Assembly: GCA_030295235.1 (NCBI GenBank)
Contig: AP026164.1
Coordinates: 2,046,001-2,110,000 of the forward strand
Origin: Fistulifera solaris
Taxonomy: Eukaryota
Direction: 5' to 3'
Length of the DNA: 64,000 bases
The position numbers and the translations under genes are program-made. The notes beneath the pieces are model-generated. The model saw only the letters and a list, made by a program, of their open reading frames with translations. It did not search any database and had not been told where the DNA came from. Shown piece after piece: positions 13,935 to 25,471 of the stretch; the stretch's first letter is position 1; each line of letters opens with the position of its first letter.

Positions 13935-14054
13935 ATGTGATTCTGTTACTACGTATATGTTATAGTATTTTCTAAAGCAACAATTTTGCTCTTGGACACA
14001 GTGAATCTTACAAAGGATGTTTGTCTATTCGAGATAATATGATTCGGCTAGTAC

Positions 14055-15502
14055 ATGATTAAACCAGTGAAAAATTACGACGAAGAAGTGCACGACGGTG
14101 GACCGGCGTCTGCTCCAAGCGGGCACCATTACACCTCCGTCAACGATCCTAATCGACAAAGGCATTTCAATTCGTGTTTTCGAGCATCGGTGACACTGAA
14201 TCTAGCTCTAATACTGTCCTCGATATTCATGTCCGTACTCATACACAAAATGGCCATAGAAAGCGCTTCTTCCGAACACAACAATGGATTCTCATCATTT
14301 TCAGAGCTCCGTTGGCGACCACTCCCCGATGAAAAGGAAGTCATTCGCCGTGTTGCGTTTGGTAGCTGTAGCTCACAACGCATGCCGCAACCGTACTGGG
14401 ATATTGTGACTGTCTTTGATCCGGATATTCTGCTTCTCATGGGCGATAATGTGTACGGAGACTGCGAACCTTTACCATCCAACAATACACCCGTCGATCC
14501 CATCGCTGTGAGAAAGGCCTGTGCACCACTCGAACAGGCTTACCGAGACATGGCCAACCATCCTTCCGTACAAGGCGCTGCTAGCCGTATTCCTGTATTT
14601 GCGACGTTAGACGACCACGACTACGGTATCAGTGATGCGAATGCGCTTAATCCTTACAAGGATGTGGCCCGAGAACTCTTTCGTGATTTTTTCAATATCA
14701 TTGATTTACCCATTGACGGCGTTTATCGTTCGAAAACATGGGGACCCAAAGGACAAAGACTTCAAGCAATCTTGCTTGATACGCGGTACTCTCGCAGTCC
14801 TTTTCGTACCACTGGTGACCCCACCATGCCTTTTGAGCCGCATCAAGATGAATCGTTTGAAAACGCGAGTGACACTTTGTCAGAACCGAAACGAATGCTG
14901 TCTGATGAGCAGTGGGCATGGCTGGAAGCTCGCCTTTCCGAACCAGCTGATTTAAGAGTTATTGTCAGCTCTATTCAAGTTCTCAATTCTGTGACCCCCT
15001 TTGAATGCTGGCGTCACATCCCTGCAGAACAAACGCGTTTTATCAACCTTATTCAAAGCAAAAGTGCGCTTATTCTTTCGGGTGATCGTAAGTAGTATCG
15101 GCTTGAAGAATATTGAGCTTTGGTCCCCAGGTCACTAAACTATTGCATAACATTGACTTGACAGGCCATGTTGGCGGCTTTTACTGGAATGAAAATGGAA
15201 CCATCATTCAAGAAGTGACAGCATCATCTTGGACGCACACCATTCCCTATGGTGCTTTTGACAGTTGTTCCTCGGCAAGTGAATGCGATGAGATTGATCC
15301 GATGCGAGACGGTGACTTTGTGAGAGACAACCATTTTGGCAGCATAGAAATCGATTGGGAGAAGCGCAGGGCTGTCATTGCACTTCGCCGTGCACAGAGC
15401 TCTTACGGAACTCCATATTTTCACGTATCAAGTCCAGTTCGCTTGAAGAAAAGCGATGCTGGAGATATCATAGAAGAAAGAACGATAACTTTTCCATTTT
15501 AG
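14055..15502 (+). CDS. phoD: PhoD-family alkaline phosphatase with N-terminal membrane anchor; intron 15088-15164
   Basis: 'VAFGSCS', 'MGDNVYGD', 'LDDHDYG', 'LLDTRY', 'EQWAWLE'. Splicing the GTAAGT...ACAG intron restores 'LSGDRHVGG'. Confidence 0.9.
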
Positions 15503-15557
15503 CTTTTATTTTTTGCACTTCAGAATTAGATTTCCTAGCTGCCTCAGGGTTCGTTAT

Positions 15558-17986
15558 TCAGACTTTTTGATTCGGTTTTAGAACCATAGATGAGGTCCTT
15601 GTTTCTGCATCCTTTTCTTGTAGACGGGCCTCCAACCCGGCAAGTTGGGACTCCAAGAATCTCGCGTGATCATCAAGCCGTTCGCGCATTCGGATGAGAT
15701 GCTCGACTTTTCCCCGCTTGCAGTAGTCGAGCAAAATATCAATATACTTTTGTGGAATTACATCAACGCCAAACCGCCGTGATATTTGCATGCACTCTCG
15801 AGCTCCGGGTTTTCGACGAGGTACTTTGCCTTCGACTGTCATGACGACGCTCGTCTGTTCGGTCGGATTCGAGGCGTCTATGCTTAACCCTGAAGCAAAG
15901 GGTTGATCAGTGTCGAGTACCTTGCTTGACGTGGCTGCTAGACCTTCGCGTAGACCAATTCGTGAGCTGCTTTGCGGACTGCTTTTTGTGCTCTGAAGTC
16001 CCAATTCGTCGCTACGGGCAACCACGACAGCCTCAGGCGTATTTCTGATTTCAGCTCCGTCTGCTGACATGCCACCCGAGAACATCGGTTGCAAGGGCAA
16101 AGAGCCTCCAGTCGACACAGACACAGAACTGTCCTGTTGAAGCGTGGCGTAACCTTGATAGGTGGCCGGCTCGGTGACTGGTCGTCCGACGCGTAGATTT
16201 TGTTCACCCGAACTCAGTTCGTCGTGGAAGGGACTTCGCTTTAAAGTCCTTCCACTCCTGCTCATTGTAACTGATACAGCTCCAGAGGCTTCGCCATCAA
16301 TCTCTTGCTTTCGTCGTAAAGTACTGTCGCTAGAATGTGGTGAAGATTTTGAAATGTTGCCTGAGTCTTGGGAAGAGTTTAACTTGCGACCTCTCGACGA
16401 CGAATCTTTCGGAGCTTTTCGTTGAGACCCAAGGGCTTTGTTCGCTGAAGGAGGCCGCCCCCGCTTTCGAGGCAGCTCCGGTGTTGACGTCTTCGGAGTC
16501 TTGCTACGACCCCGGCCTGCCCCCGGTGACAGAAATCTTCCAGATGGATCTCTTGGCTGCTCCTGATTCGCTCTGTGCTCTGCTCCCTTGGACGTTTGGC
16601 GAGTAGGACTGGCCGAGTGCTCAGCCGCTCGACTGGATCCCTGAGACTTCCACTTGCCCCGTGTTTCCACTCTTGACGAAGTTCTACCACAACGCTTTTC
16701 TTCGGATTGCGCGCAATTGGGACAGAACCACTTCTTTTTAGGAACTGCTTGAAGCGGCGGGTCGAGGCAGAATGTGTGATATTCATCGTCGCAACGATCG
16801 CACAACAATAGCTTTGTCTGATGGTGCTTTCCAAAACAAACGCGACAAGCGCAGAAACAACATACTTTGATGTACGAATCATCTCCACAAAAGTTGCACC
16901 AAACGTCATCCTGATTGTGATCGCGATGGATTGGGGTTCTACTCTCTGCATTTCCGTTAGTAGTTGCAGAGTCGTCATCGGAAGTGTCCGACGACTCAGA
17001 ATCGACAGTTTTCTTTGCACGGACGTCGTCCGATTCCCATTTGCTTGCAGGACACAATTGCGGATCATACAATGTCGGTTGCTTTCGTGCCCGCTTTGCA
17101 CGCCCTTGCGAATCGTCGGTGTCAGCAGACAATGCAGTCGGGGTCTTATCTGGTGTTTCTTCATTTGTAGGGGTGCTAGCTTCTTCCTTGCTTTGAATAC
17201 GTTTCTTAGAAGGCGAATTTTCGTTTTCCACCGCGTATTGAATGTCAATGCCGTTCTTATCAGGATTGGCTTCAGCTAAAGACGCACTTTCTTGCAGAGT
17301 CGACTGTGCATCGGGTTTTGGTTCGTCCCCTTTTCGCTTCGCTGTCTCCTTGACGCGCCTACACCTATTACGGAGTCTAGCCATCATTCGCACTGCTGCA
17401 GCCGCTTGACGGCGTGGTTTCGAATTCTTCGGCTCCGTCAACAGAACACAGTACGAGCATCTGTATGCCTTATCTTCTGGCGGGGTCGTCATGGTCGGCC
17501 GGACACAAGTTTTATGAAAGTGCACGTTGCATTCGCTGCAAGACACGAGCTCCCCTTGCTCATCACATACTCTACAGAGATGCTTCTTTTCTGCATCACT
17601 TTTCTTCGTACATGGCGTGATTTCGCAAGATGGCAAAGACAGTTCCTCCGTATCCTCTTCATCTTCTTCCTCGTCGTCCTCCGATTCCTCTTTATTGCGG
17701 ATGGTCTCCGATGTTTCGTCAGCGCGAGGCAATTCGGCGTCTAGCTTCTCAAGGAGGTACTCGTAAAACGCAATGGCATGTTCGGTGTTCGTCTTGCGAC
17801 CCGGACCGGCTTTCGGAGGTGAACGGATTCCGGCGCTTCGCACGCACCAACGATTCGCGGATGCTGGCGATACGCTTCTCGCGAGAGGAGCCGAGGTTTC
17901 CCAACACATCCTCGGCAAGATCGTCCCAGGCATCGGGACGGGGCGCCTGACACAAAAAAGCGTTTGCTAGGTGTTCCGGAGGTCAT
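15558..17986 (-). CDS. PHD-finger chromatin protein (two PHD fingers, AT-hook); N-terminus probably frameshifted
   Basis: 'CRVCDEQGELVSCSECNVHFHKTC...CSYC' and 'CRVCFGKHHQTKLLLCDRCDDEYHTFCLDPPLQAVPKKKWFCPNC', AT-hook 'PRKRGRPP'. The start is ATG 17986 if the frameshifts are repaired, otherwise 17933. Confidence 0.85.
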
Positions 17987-19218
17987 GTCCTTGAACGAAA
18001 AAGAGTATGGTCGGTCTTTTGCTAGACCGTCGAATCAACGAATGAAAGGATATGAATAGGAAGGAAATACGACCGTACCTAACTCCTTGCCCGGAGTGAA
18101 ATTATACTGTCCTGATGTTGCGTTTGTACTATTCGAACCGTGGTAAGATGCGTTCCAGTAAGAGCGCTCGTCAACATCCTGAACTCTATTGGTTGTCGTC
18201 TACACAACAAGTTGTTGAGTGCGGAGCATTCTTGGAACGAGACAAAAAATTACTCCGTAATAACAACGGAGCCTTTTACAATACTCCGGAGTAGAACACA
18301 ACAAAGAACAACACGGACACAAAACTTTGCGGCTCTATTTCTTTATAGTGAACGACCTCATGTCTGGTGGGACCTGTCGTTCGTGTCGCCATGTGGTTTC
18401 GAACGGCTAGCTTTCATTGTGACGACCTTGCCATTTTCTTCTTCAATCGGGTGGCTAAACTTGGCCATTTTCAAAGGTTGACTTTTTCCAGTGGCGACCG
18501 ACCCCGGTTCAGTGAAATGGTCTATCTCAGCTCTGGGGTAGAAGCATTGGGCCATGCTATTCAGGGCAAGACCAAACTGTCCTACTTGGACATAAGTGAA
18601 ACTTGCTGGACTATCGACTGCAGCACTATTTTTAGGACCTTGTATAACCATATTGAGTTGCGTACTTTTGTTGTTCAAGGTTCCGTATATGATTTTGAAT
18701 CAGGTATGCATCGTGTCAAACCTGGCTAGAGCAGCTGCTCTCGCGAAACCGTTGCATTGAGGCACTTAACCGTGCGCGTTACAGAATGTCGAATGGATCT
18801 ACTGTCGACAACCTATGTGCGCCGAACCAGTCTTATCGTGGATCGATAGACCTGGTGAAAGAGTCGGCGTCTTTCGGCCATTGTTGGTATCACCGGCGCT
18901 AATGAACAGTGCGTCGGTATGCTTCATCATCGCACTGGTGTATTGCATGCACACCACACGCATGTAGTGTGCGAATGAGTTTAGGGTCTTGGTGGAGACC
19001 CTGTTGGTGCAGCACTGTTTCTGTTGCTGAAGATCAAACGCAAACTAGAAGCTCCTACCCCACCCACAACAAGGAAAGCGACTTGAGATGAGTGGAATGA
19101 CCCAGTTCTTTACAAATTTGATTAACTACATACACTGCATACTTCTACAAGTGTGCTTTTGAATAGCAACAACATTAAAAGCATAGCCAAAATCCGAAGA
19201 AAACTGATGCTAAATTGC

Positions 19219-22200
19219 TCACATCATCATTAGTGGTCTCTCAGAGTTCAGATCTGCAGACCTCCGAGCACATTCTATTTCTAAGCGGCGCTGATTGAGT
19301 TTATCCAAAGCTGTCGATATCATCGCTGAGACACTTCTGGATGAGGGCACTGGAAGAAACAAAAGTCTGCACACTGAGGTAGACTTCAGCATCTTGTGAA
19401 AGACGCTTAGGGCAGTCTCGACAGTGGATAACGAAGTGAAGATATGCTGCAGCTGATTGAGATTTCGATCGACCTCAGGATTGGAGAGCTGCATTTCAAG
19501 GTCAAAGTATTTGTGCATGGTTGCCGCAAGAGTACCAGCTTCGGATTCCTCGATAAGCTTTTGCGCTTTTAAGATTTCCTCTGTGTCATTTCGGAAGAAA
19601 AGTTCGGGCAAGTAAAGTTCTTCCAATAGGATGCGAGCAGTTTTCCGATCAAAGGCCATGGTATTGTCAATCAGCTGGTTAAGATCGTGCTTGTAGAGGC
19701 CACGAGTAGCTAGTGCTTCTGATATCCAACAATCCGGAATTCCTACTTTCTTCAAAAGAAAATTCTGAACGGAAGAGTCGTTTGCATCGAAATGTTGCAA
19801 AACAATTTGTTTCGCTCGGTAGCGCTTGAGAGCCTGCTGTGCTGGATTCAGTTCAGCGAAAGAGCACAGAGAAATAAAAACGGCCCAAATCCATTGCCCT
19901 TGTGATGTCAACTGCGAAACGTATCCATCAACCAGCCTTTCAGCGTTATAATTAGTTATCTTTGCAGAAGGACTTGAAGAACAAATCGCTAAGCCGAGAA
20001 AAAACGAATGCGAATAATCGTGGAGATCCTGAGAAAACCCCGTTGGAGCAATCACTTCGCAAACCCCATCCTTGATACCTGCGCACATCATCAATAGCTT
20101 ATAAAGCATGTCCTGTGCAATGGATTTCTCGGTAGCGTGGGGAAAAGGGACTTTATTGAGTACTATGTCATGCTCGTACGCTTCGATGACTTTCTTCAAA
20201 TCCTTTCCCTCAGATTGCCACAAACGTAACGCCAGACGCCGGCGCCAATCTAGGGAGTTTTTCTGCTGTGACTGCAATGAATCTTCATAATCGCTAGCAT
20301 GACCAAGGGCTTTCATTACTCGTACAGCTGCTGATTCAACTTTCGAGGCGCATCCTTGCTCAGCGAGTAAAGCAGACTGTGAACTGAATTCTCGGCGTTC
20401 TTCATTCCCTACGGTAAGCGCGACAAGAAGATTTAGACAATCAGCCTCGCTGGCCAAATGGCATGATCGAACCAAGTCAGCTCCGGACAAAGCAGCAAAA
20501 ATAGATTCAACTGGGGATGTTTTCACGTTCCCATCCAAAATGCTTGGTTCAACATCTGGTTGACAAAGATCAATCAAGAAATCATGGGCGGCATTTACCT
20601 GACGGTCAGTGACACTGTCCGAGTCTCTATGAAAAAGAGGAGCTTTAATAACAACTTTAGACCCTGCCTGGCGTCAGAATGAAGTGACGAGGATGCTGCG
20701 AGGCTCTGAATGGCTCCAATCAGTTTAGGACTCGCTAAGTCGCGTCCCGGAAGCATGAACAAGGGGGCGTTTTCAACCTGCTCAGAAAAATTGGCTTGAA
20801 TGACATGATTACTCAAGATACTCGCAGGAGCCGCGATACCTTTTGAAGAATCCACAAGTGGTCGTCGTTTTACTAAGCTATCGGAAACGGATCCACGTTG
20901 TAGTTGAAGAAAGGAGCCGTTTGGAAGCCAACCGACTCGGAATGACCCCCTCATTCTCATCCCCATATCAATCGATGACGTCGGTACCTTACATTTTGCG
21001 GCTATCCGATTGCAAATACTGTACGAGCTATTGGCTCTGCGTAATTTCTTGATCGGGTCCGCAATGATGAAGATTGGCTGAAAGTCGTCGGCGATGCCTT
21101 GCCCTTCATACTCAAAAGTTATTACGTGAACAGGCTCAGCTGCTTTCGTTTTTTCACCCGCACGTTTCAATTCAATTTGTTCACTGACCATATCTGCTTC
21201 TATCCTATACCTGTCAGCCAAAGATTCAACCACAATGTCGATGTCGCTAACCATGGTAGCATCCTCAGAATGACTTGAGCAGTCCATTTCTTGTACATTG
21301 GTTCGAGATTGTTTTGTCATTATGGGCAGCGGTTTAGGATCAAGATCGCGTTTACTCGGTAAAACTTCGTTTCTACTAAAACCGCTAAGGCCTTCGTCAT
21401 TGTCTGAGTCATCGTCGACTAAAGCATATCTGCTGAAATGCTGCACACGAATCTTCCAAACCCCTGAGTTCTTGTTGTAATCAACGAGTTCGGCGCCCAT
21501 ATTTGTGGTTCTCATGGCTACTTTCTGTGCATAGCGATTTCGTTCTTCTTCAGAAGCATTTCGACCAGCTTGTGGGAAGACATCATAGCATGTAATGATG
21601 GCAGGCCGGTTCAGCTTCGAACCAACCGCAGGTTTCGTACCCTGCTCTTCTTCCAAAGAATACACTTCAACGGCCTTCGGTTCAATCGAAATGATACTAT
21701 CAAGGTCGGCGCCCCGAATATCGACTGCGCCTTCCCATTCTACCATTCCCACACCTGTTCGTCTTACCGAAAAAGCGGCAACAGTGGCCAGATCAGCTTC
21801 AGACATCCTCTTCATGTCCTCGATGCTCGGAGACACTTCGTAACCTGGCTTAGTCAGTTTCGGAAGCAAGCTTGAATCCAGAGATACAGCCTTGTTGTTC
21901 GTCGCTGGAGGCGAAAACTGCCGATTCTCGGCAGCTATCAATTTGTTGTAGTATTCCTCGCCGGGGTCGCGACGGAGCGGATCTGGCGAGAGAGAAGGTG
22001 GATTATTGAGCGCTTGTCCTGTTGTAGCACGCAACGACGATGGTGGTGGTGGTGGAGATACATCCTCAGGTGGGAGCTGAATGTCTTCCCTGGTAGCAGT
22101 AGAGGGTGACGGTACAGATGTATTTAAGCGAAGCGGACGTCGCTGTGTCAGTTTCTTTTCCGATTCGGGTAACACAACCAACGTCAGCGCCGAAGAACGC

Positions 22201-24205
22201 GCATAAGATTCAGGTGTCATAACCGCTCGATTGTCCCGACCAATGGGCGCGATAGGCGGCGTTTTGCTTTTGTTATCCTCGAAGAATCCTCTCGGGCGAA
22301 TCTTTACGGCAGATGTGGGAGTGGAAGCAATGTGAGGAAGATAAGGTGGTCGGGATAAGCTGTCGGACTCGGCTTGATTTGTGGGAGTCGTTCGTGACCC
22401 ACCGGAGGGGATTTTCCCTTCCATACATCAAACTTTTCAAGCTCTTTCCTCTCGTTCACTAAAGCACGCACTTGTTGCGCAACCACAGCATTTACGGGTT
22501 CTGGAACTACGTATGTATTTGCTGGTATTACAGGCTGCTGTGCCATGGTCGAAGCAAAGGGAGGAGCGACAAATCCACCCGGTGCAGGCGCGGAACTACC
22601 GAAGAAACCGCTCTCGGGTGGCTTCGCACCAAAGCCACCACCGGCAGCGGGAGCCCCAAAAAACCCGGTGGACGGAGCAGGCGCTCCAAATGGTGCGGGG
22701 CTAGGTGTAGACCCAAACAATCCTCCAGTTGCTGGAGCAGGAGCTCCAAAGGGAGCTGGGGCCCCAAATGGTGCAGGGGTTGGCGCAGATCCAAAGAGGC
22801 CACCTCCAGCGGACCCAAATGGTGCAGGAGCGGGGGTATTGCCACTACCGAAAAATCCACCAGGCGCCGGTGCTGGTGCGCCAAAAGGTGATGGGGCGGG
22901 TGCTCCAAAAGGTGACGGCGCCGGAGTAGAGCTAAAGAATCCTGAAGGCGCTGGACTAGGCGAGCCGAAACCGGATGATCCGAAACCAGTGGAGCCGAAT
23001 GCAGGGGCACCGAACGCAGATGGGGCAGGTGCCCCGAAAGGAGCCGAAGCGGGTGCACCGAATGGAGCAGGAGCGGGCGACCCAAAGCCACCTAATGTCG
23101 GAGCCGGCGCTCCAAACAGACCTGTACTTGGCGCTGGTGCCGGAGACCCAAAGCCTCCAAAACCACCTGTAGTCGGATTACTTTGCCCTTTGTTACCCTG
23201 ACTATAATCCTCGTAACGAAGTTCTTCAAAAGACTTATTTTCGTATTGTGGCATAGCAGTGATCGAATGCAAATTCATTGAAGTCTGTCCGTCTTGTCGA
23301 TTGGTAACAGTGAAGGGAACCGCACGGGTACCCCCTTGTGCCGGCGTCGTAGCTGGTTGCGCTCCAAACAAACCACCTGATGGTGCAGGGGAAGGAGATC
23401 CGAAGAGACCGCCGGGTGTTGGAGCAGGCTGTGCACCAAAGGCTCCACCAAATGCCGGAGCCGGGGCACCAAACGCTGGTGCGGGAGCACCAAAAGCTGG
23501 TGCGGGAGTAGCACCAAATGCTGGAGCAGAAGCACCGAATGAGGGAGCACCAAAAGCTGGAGCGGGTGCCCCGAATGCGGGAGCCGGTGCTCCAAACGTC
23601 GGTGCGGGTGCCCCAAAGGCTGGTGCTGGAGCCGCACCGAATCCGGTCGATGGGGCACCAAATGCGGGGGCCGGAGCGCCAAAGGGAGCCGAAGCTCCAA
23701 ACGGGGAAGGAGTCGGGGCACCAAAAGCCGAAGGTGCTGGGGCCCCAAACAATCCTCCCGAAGGTGCTGGAGCACCAAACGACGAACCAAATCCGCCACT
23801 CGTCCCCCCAAAAGTCGATGTGGACGGAGCCCCAAATGCCGGTGCCGTATTCGTTTGACCAAACGGAGTCGAAGCCGGTGCTGGAGCACCGAACAAGCCC
23901 GGCGCGGGCGACCCGAACGCTGGAGCGGGAGCACTACCGAACATGCCGGCCGGGGCCCCAAACGGTGCCGGTGAAGGACTACCAAAGCCACCTCCAAATC
24001 CCGTCGGTGCCGGAGCCGGATTACCAAAGAGTCCACCCGACGCGGGAGCGCCGAATGTAGATCCGAACGGAGCTGGTGCGGGTGTCCCAAACGGAGCCGG
24101 AGCTGGTGATCCAAACAAACCTCCCGATGCGGGGGCCGGACTCCCAAAGGCCGGGGCCGTACTTTGGCCAAAACCGGATCCGAAAGCGTTGCTCTGACCA
24201 AACAT
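19219..24205 (-). CDS. NUP98: Nup98-Nup96 nucleoporin precursor; frameshifts near 22410 and 20590
   Basis: N-terminal FG repeats, GLEBS motif 'SITAMPQYENKSFEELRYEDY', autopeptidase 'WKIRVQHFSRY', Nup96 region 'MRGSFRVGWLPNG' and 'LDWRRRLALRLW'. Confidence 0.93.
22545..24200 (-). repeat. Coding FG-repeat array (PAFG/PFG/GLFG/GFFG units, including tandem APAPAFG)
   Basis: Translation of ORF 22304-24205 shows dozens of (A)PA(P/A)FG units. The DNA is GC-rich and degenerately repetitive. Confidence 0.9.
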
Positions 24206-24906
24206 GACGATTTACTATTAATCTAAATGAGTCTTTGTAAGAGAAGTAGGACGAAAATGAGTGCGAAACATCACATAAACGAGAAAGGAAAAGAATCAAC
24301 GGCGGTTGGATGCTTTTACAACACAGAAAAATCAAAGAAATCGCTTACCTTCCGGCAAAATACCTGATTAAATTCTGCTTTATGTTCACTTGTATTATTG
24401 TTGAATTCTTTGCTCTAAAAAGTGTATTGTAGGTGCTGCCAAGCTCGAATGATGGTTTGAACATCAGCAGTTGGATGACAATGGGTTATTGCTGCCGCTG
24501 CACTCGTTTTTGACCGCGCGCTCATCTCGTCGTCCTTGTCTCGCCGTTGCGACAGCGCGCGACAGGGAGGCTGGCGGCAGGCGGCTGGCGCCTTTGCGCG
24601 CGTGCCTACCTGAATAAGGAGAAGCAGTATGATATTTATCCATATAATACTCCTTGGATTTCACCCGATGTGACATAGGAAAGTACATAAAGAGAGATAC
24701 GAACGTAGGCTGTAAACCTTACCAGGTAGGCTGTAGGTTGGATGAAATAGAGTTGACTTTAACCCTAGAAGATTTGGGGCGCAAACTATCCACCCACTAA
24801 ACCACACAAGTACTTTCGCAGACACTCTGCTTATTTTATTTGCCATCAATTATTACTTGACACGCTTCTTATAATCATAAAAGGACATATATAAAAAACA
24901 TTGACC

Positions 24907-25344
24907 ATGGAAGCAACTGGCACGGAAGCGAACCATCCTGAGCGCAACAGTACCGAAAGCTCTCATCCGGAGGACCGGTTTTCACGGACGTGGCGCCATT
25001 TGATATCTTCTGTCTTTCATGCGATATCCAAGGCGGAGCAAACGAACGCGGATGTGGCTTCCATCAAAGAAATTGACAATGCGGTTGTGGCGTTTCTGCG
25101 GGCGAGACTGGAATGGGGACGTAATATCTCATTTCTCGAAGCCAAGTTAGAAGGCAAGGCGAAAGAAATGGAAGTGTTGCAACATTACAGCCGGACACAA
25201 CCGTGTCTGGGGTTACGGAAGAGAAAGCGAGAAGTAGTGAAGGAAAACGATGTATCATCTGTATCACAAACAACACAAACGGGCGCAATTTCACAAGATC
25301 CTGGCACTACCAATCCGAGCAACGCCGAGCAGTCAGTGATATAG
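24907..25344 (+). CDS. Hypothetical protein of about 145 aa with short coiled coil and basic NLS-like RKRKR
   Basis: ORF with ATG at 24907 in an otherwise empty interval, preceded by an AT-rich leader. No recognisable family. Confidence 0.5.
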   Translation: MEATGTEANHPERNSTESSHPEDRFSRTWRHLISSVFHAISKAEQTNADVASIKEIDNAVVAFLRARLEWGRNISFLEAKLEGKAKEMEVLQHYSRTQPCLGLRKRKREVVKENDVSSVSQTTQTGAISQDPGTTNPSNAEQSVI

Positions 25345-25471
25345 AAGTTTGTAGCACGGCTCAGTTCACTTTTCTATTAAATAATAGACAAACAGAGGTT
25401 CTAACATTCATAATTCTACTTTAGCTCACAGCCTTTGTTTGCGTGACATTCAATTCGATTCTATTGTTCCG

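Noticed and set aside
16379..17248. 289-aa alternative-frame ORF inside the PHD gene
   Set aside because: It is Arg-rich and motif-free, and overlaps a well-supported frame.
22545..24197. Long plus-strand GAGAPN/K-repeat ORFs and alternative minus frames that look like collagen or silk proteins
   Set aside because: They are antisense or off-frame shadows of the Nup98 FG-repeat coding sequence.
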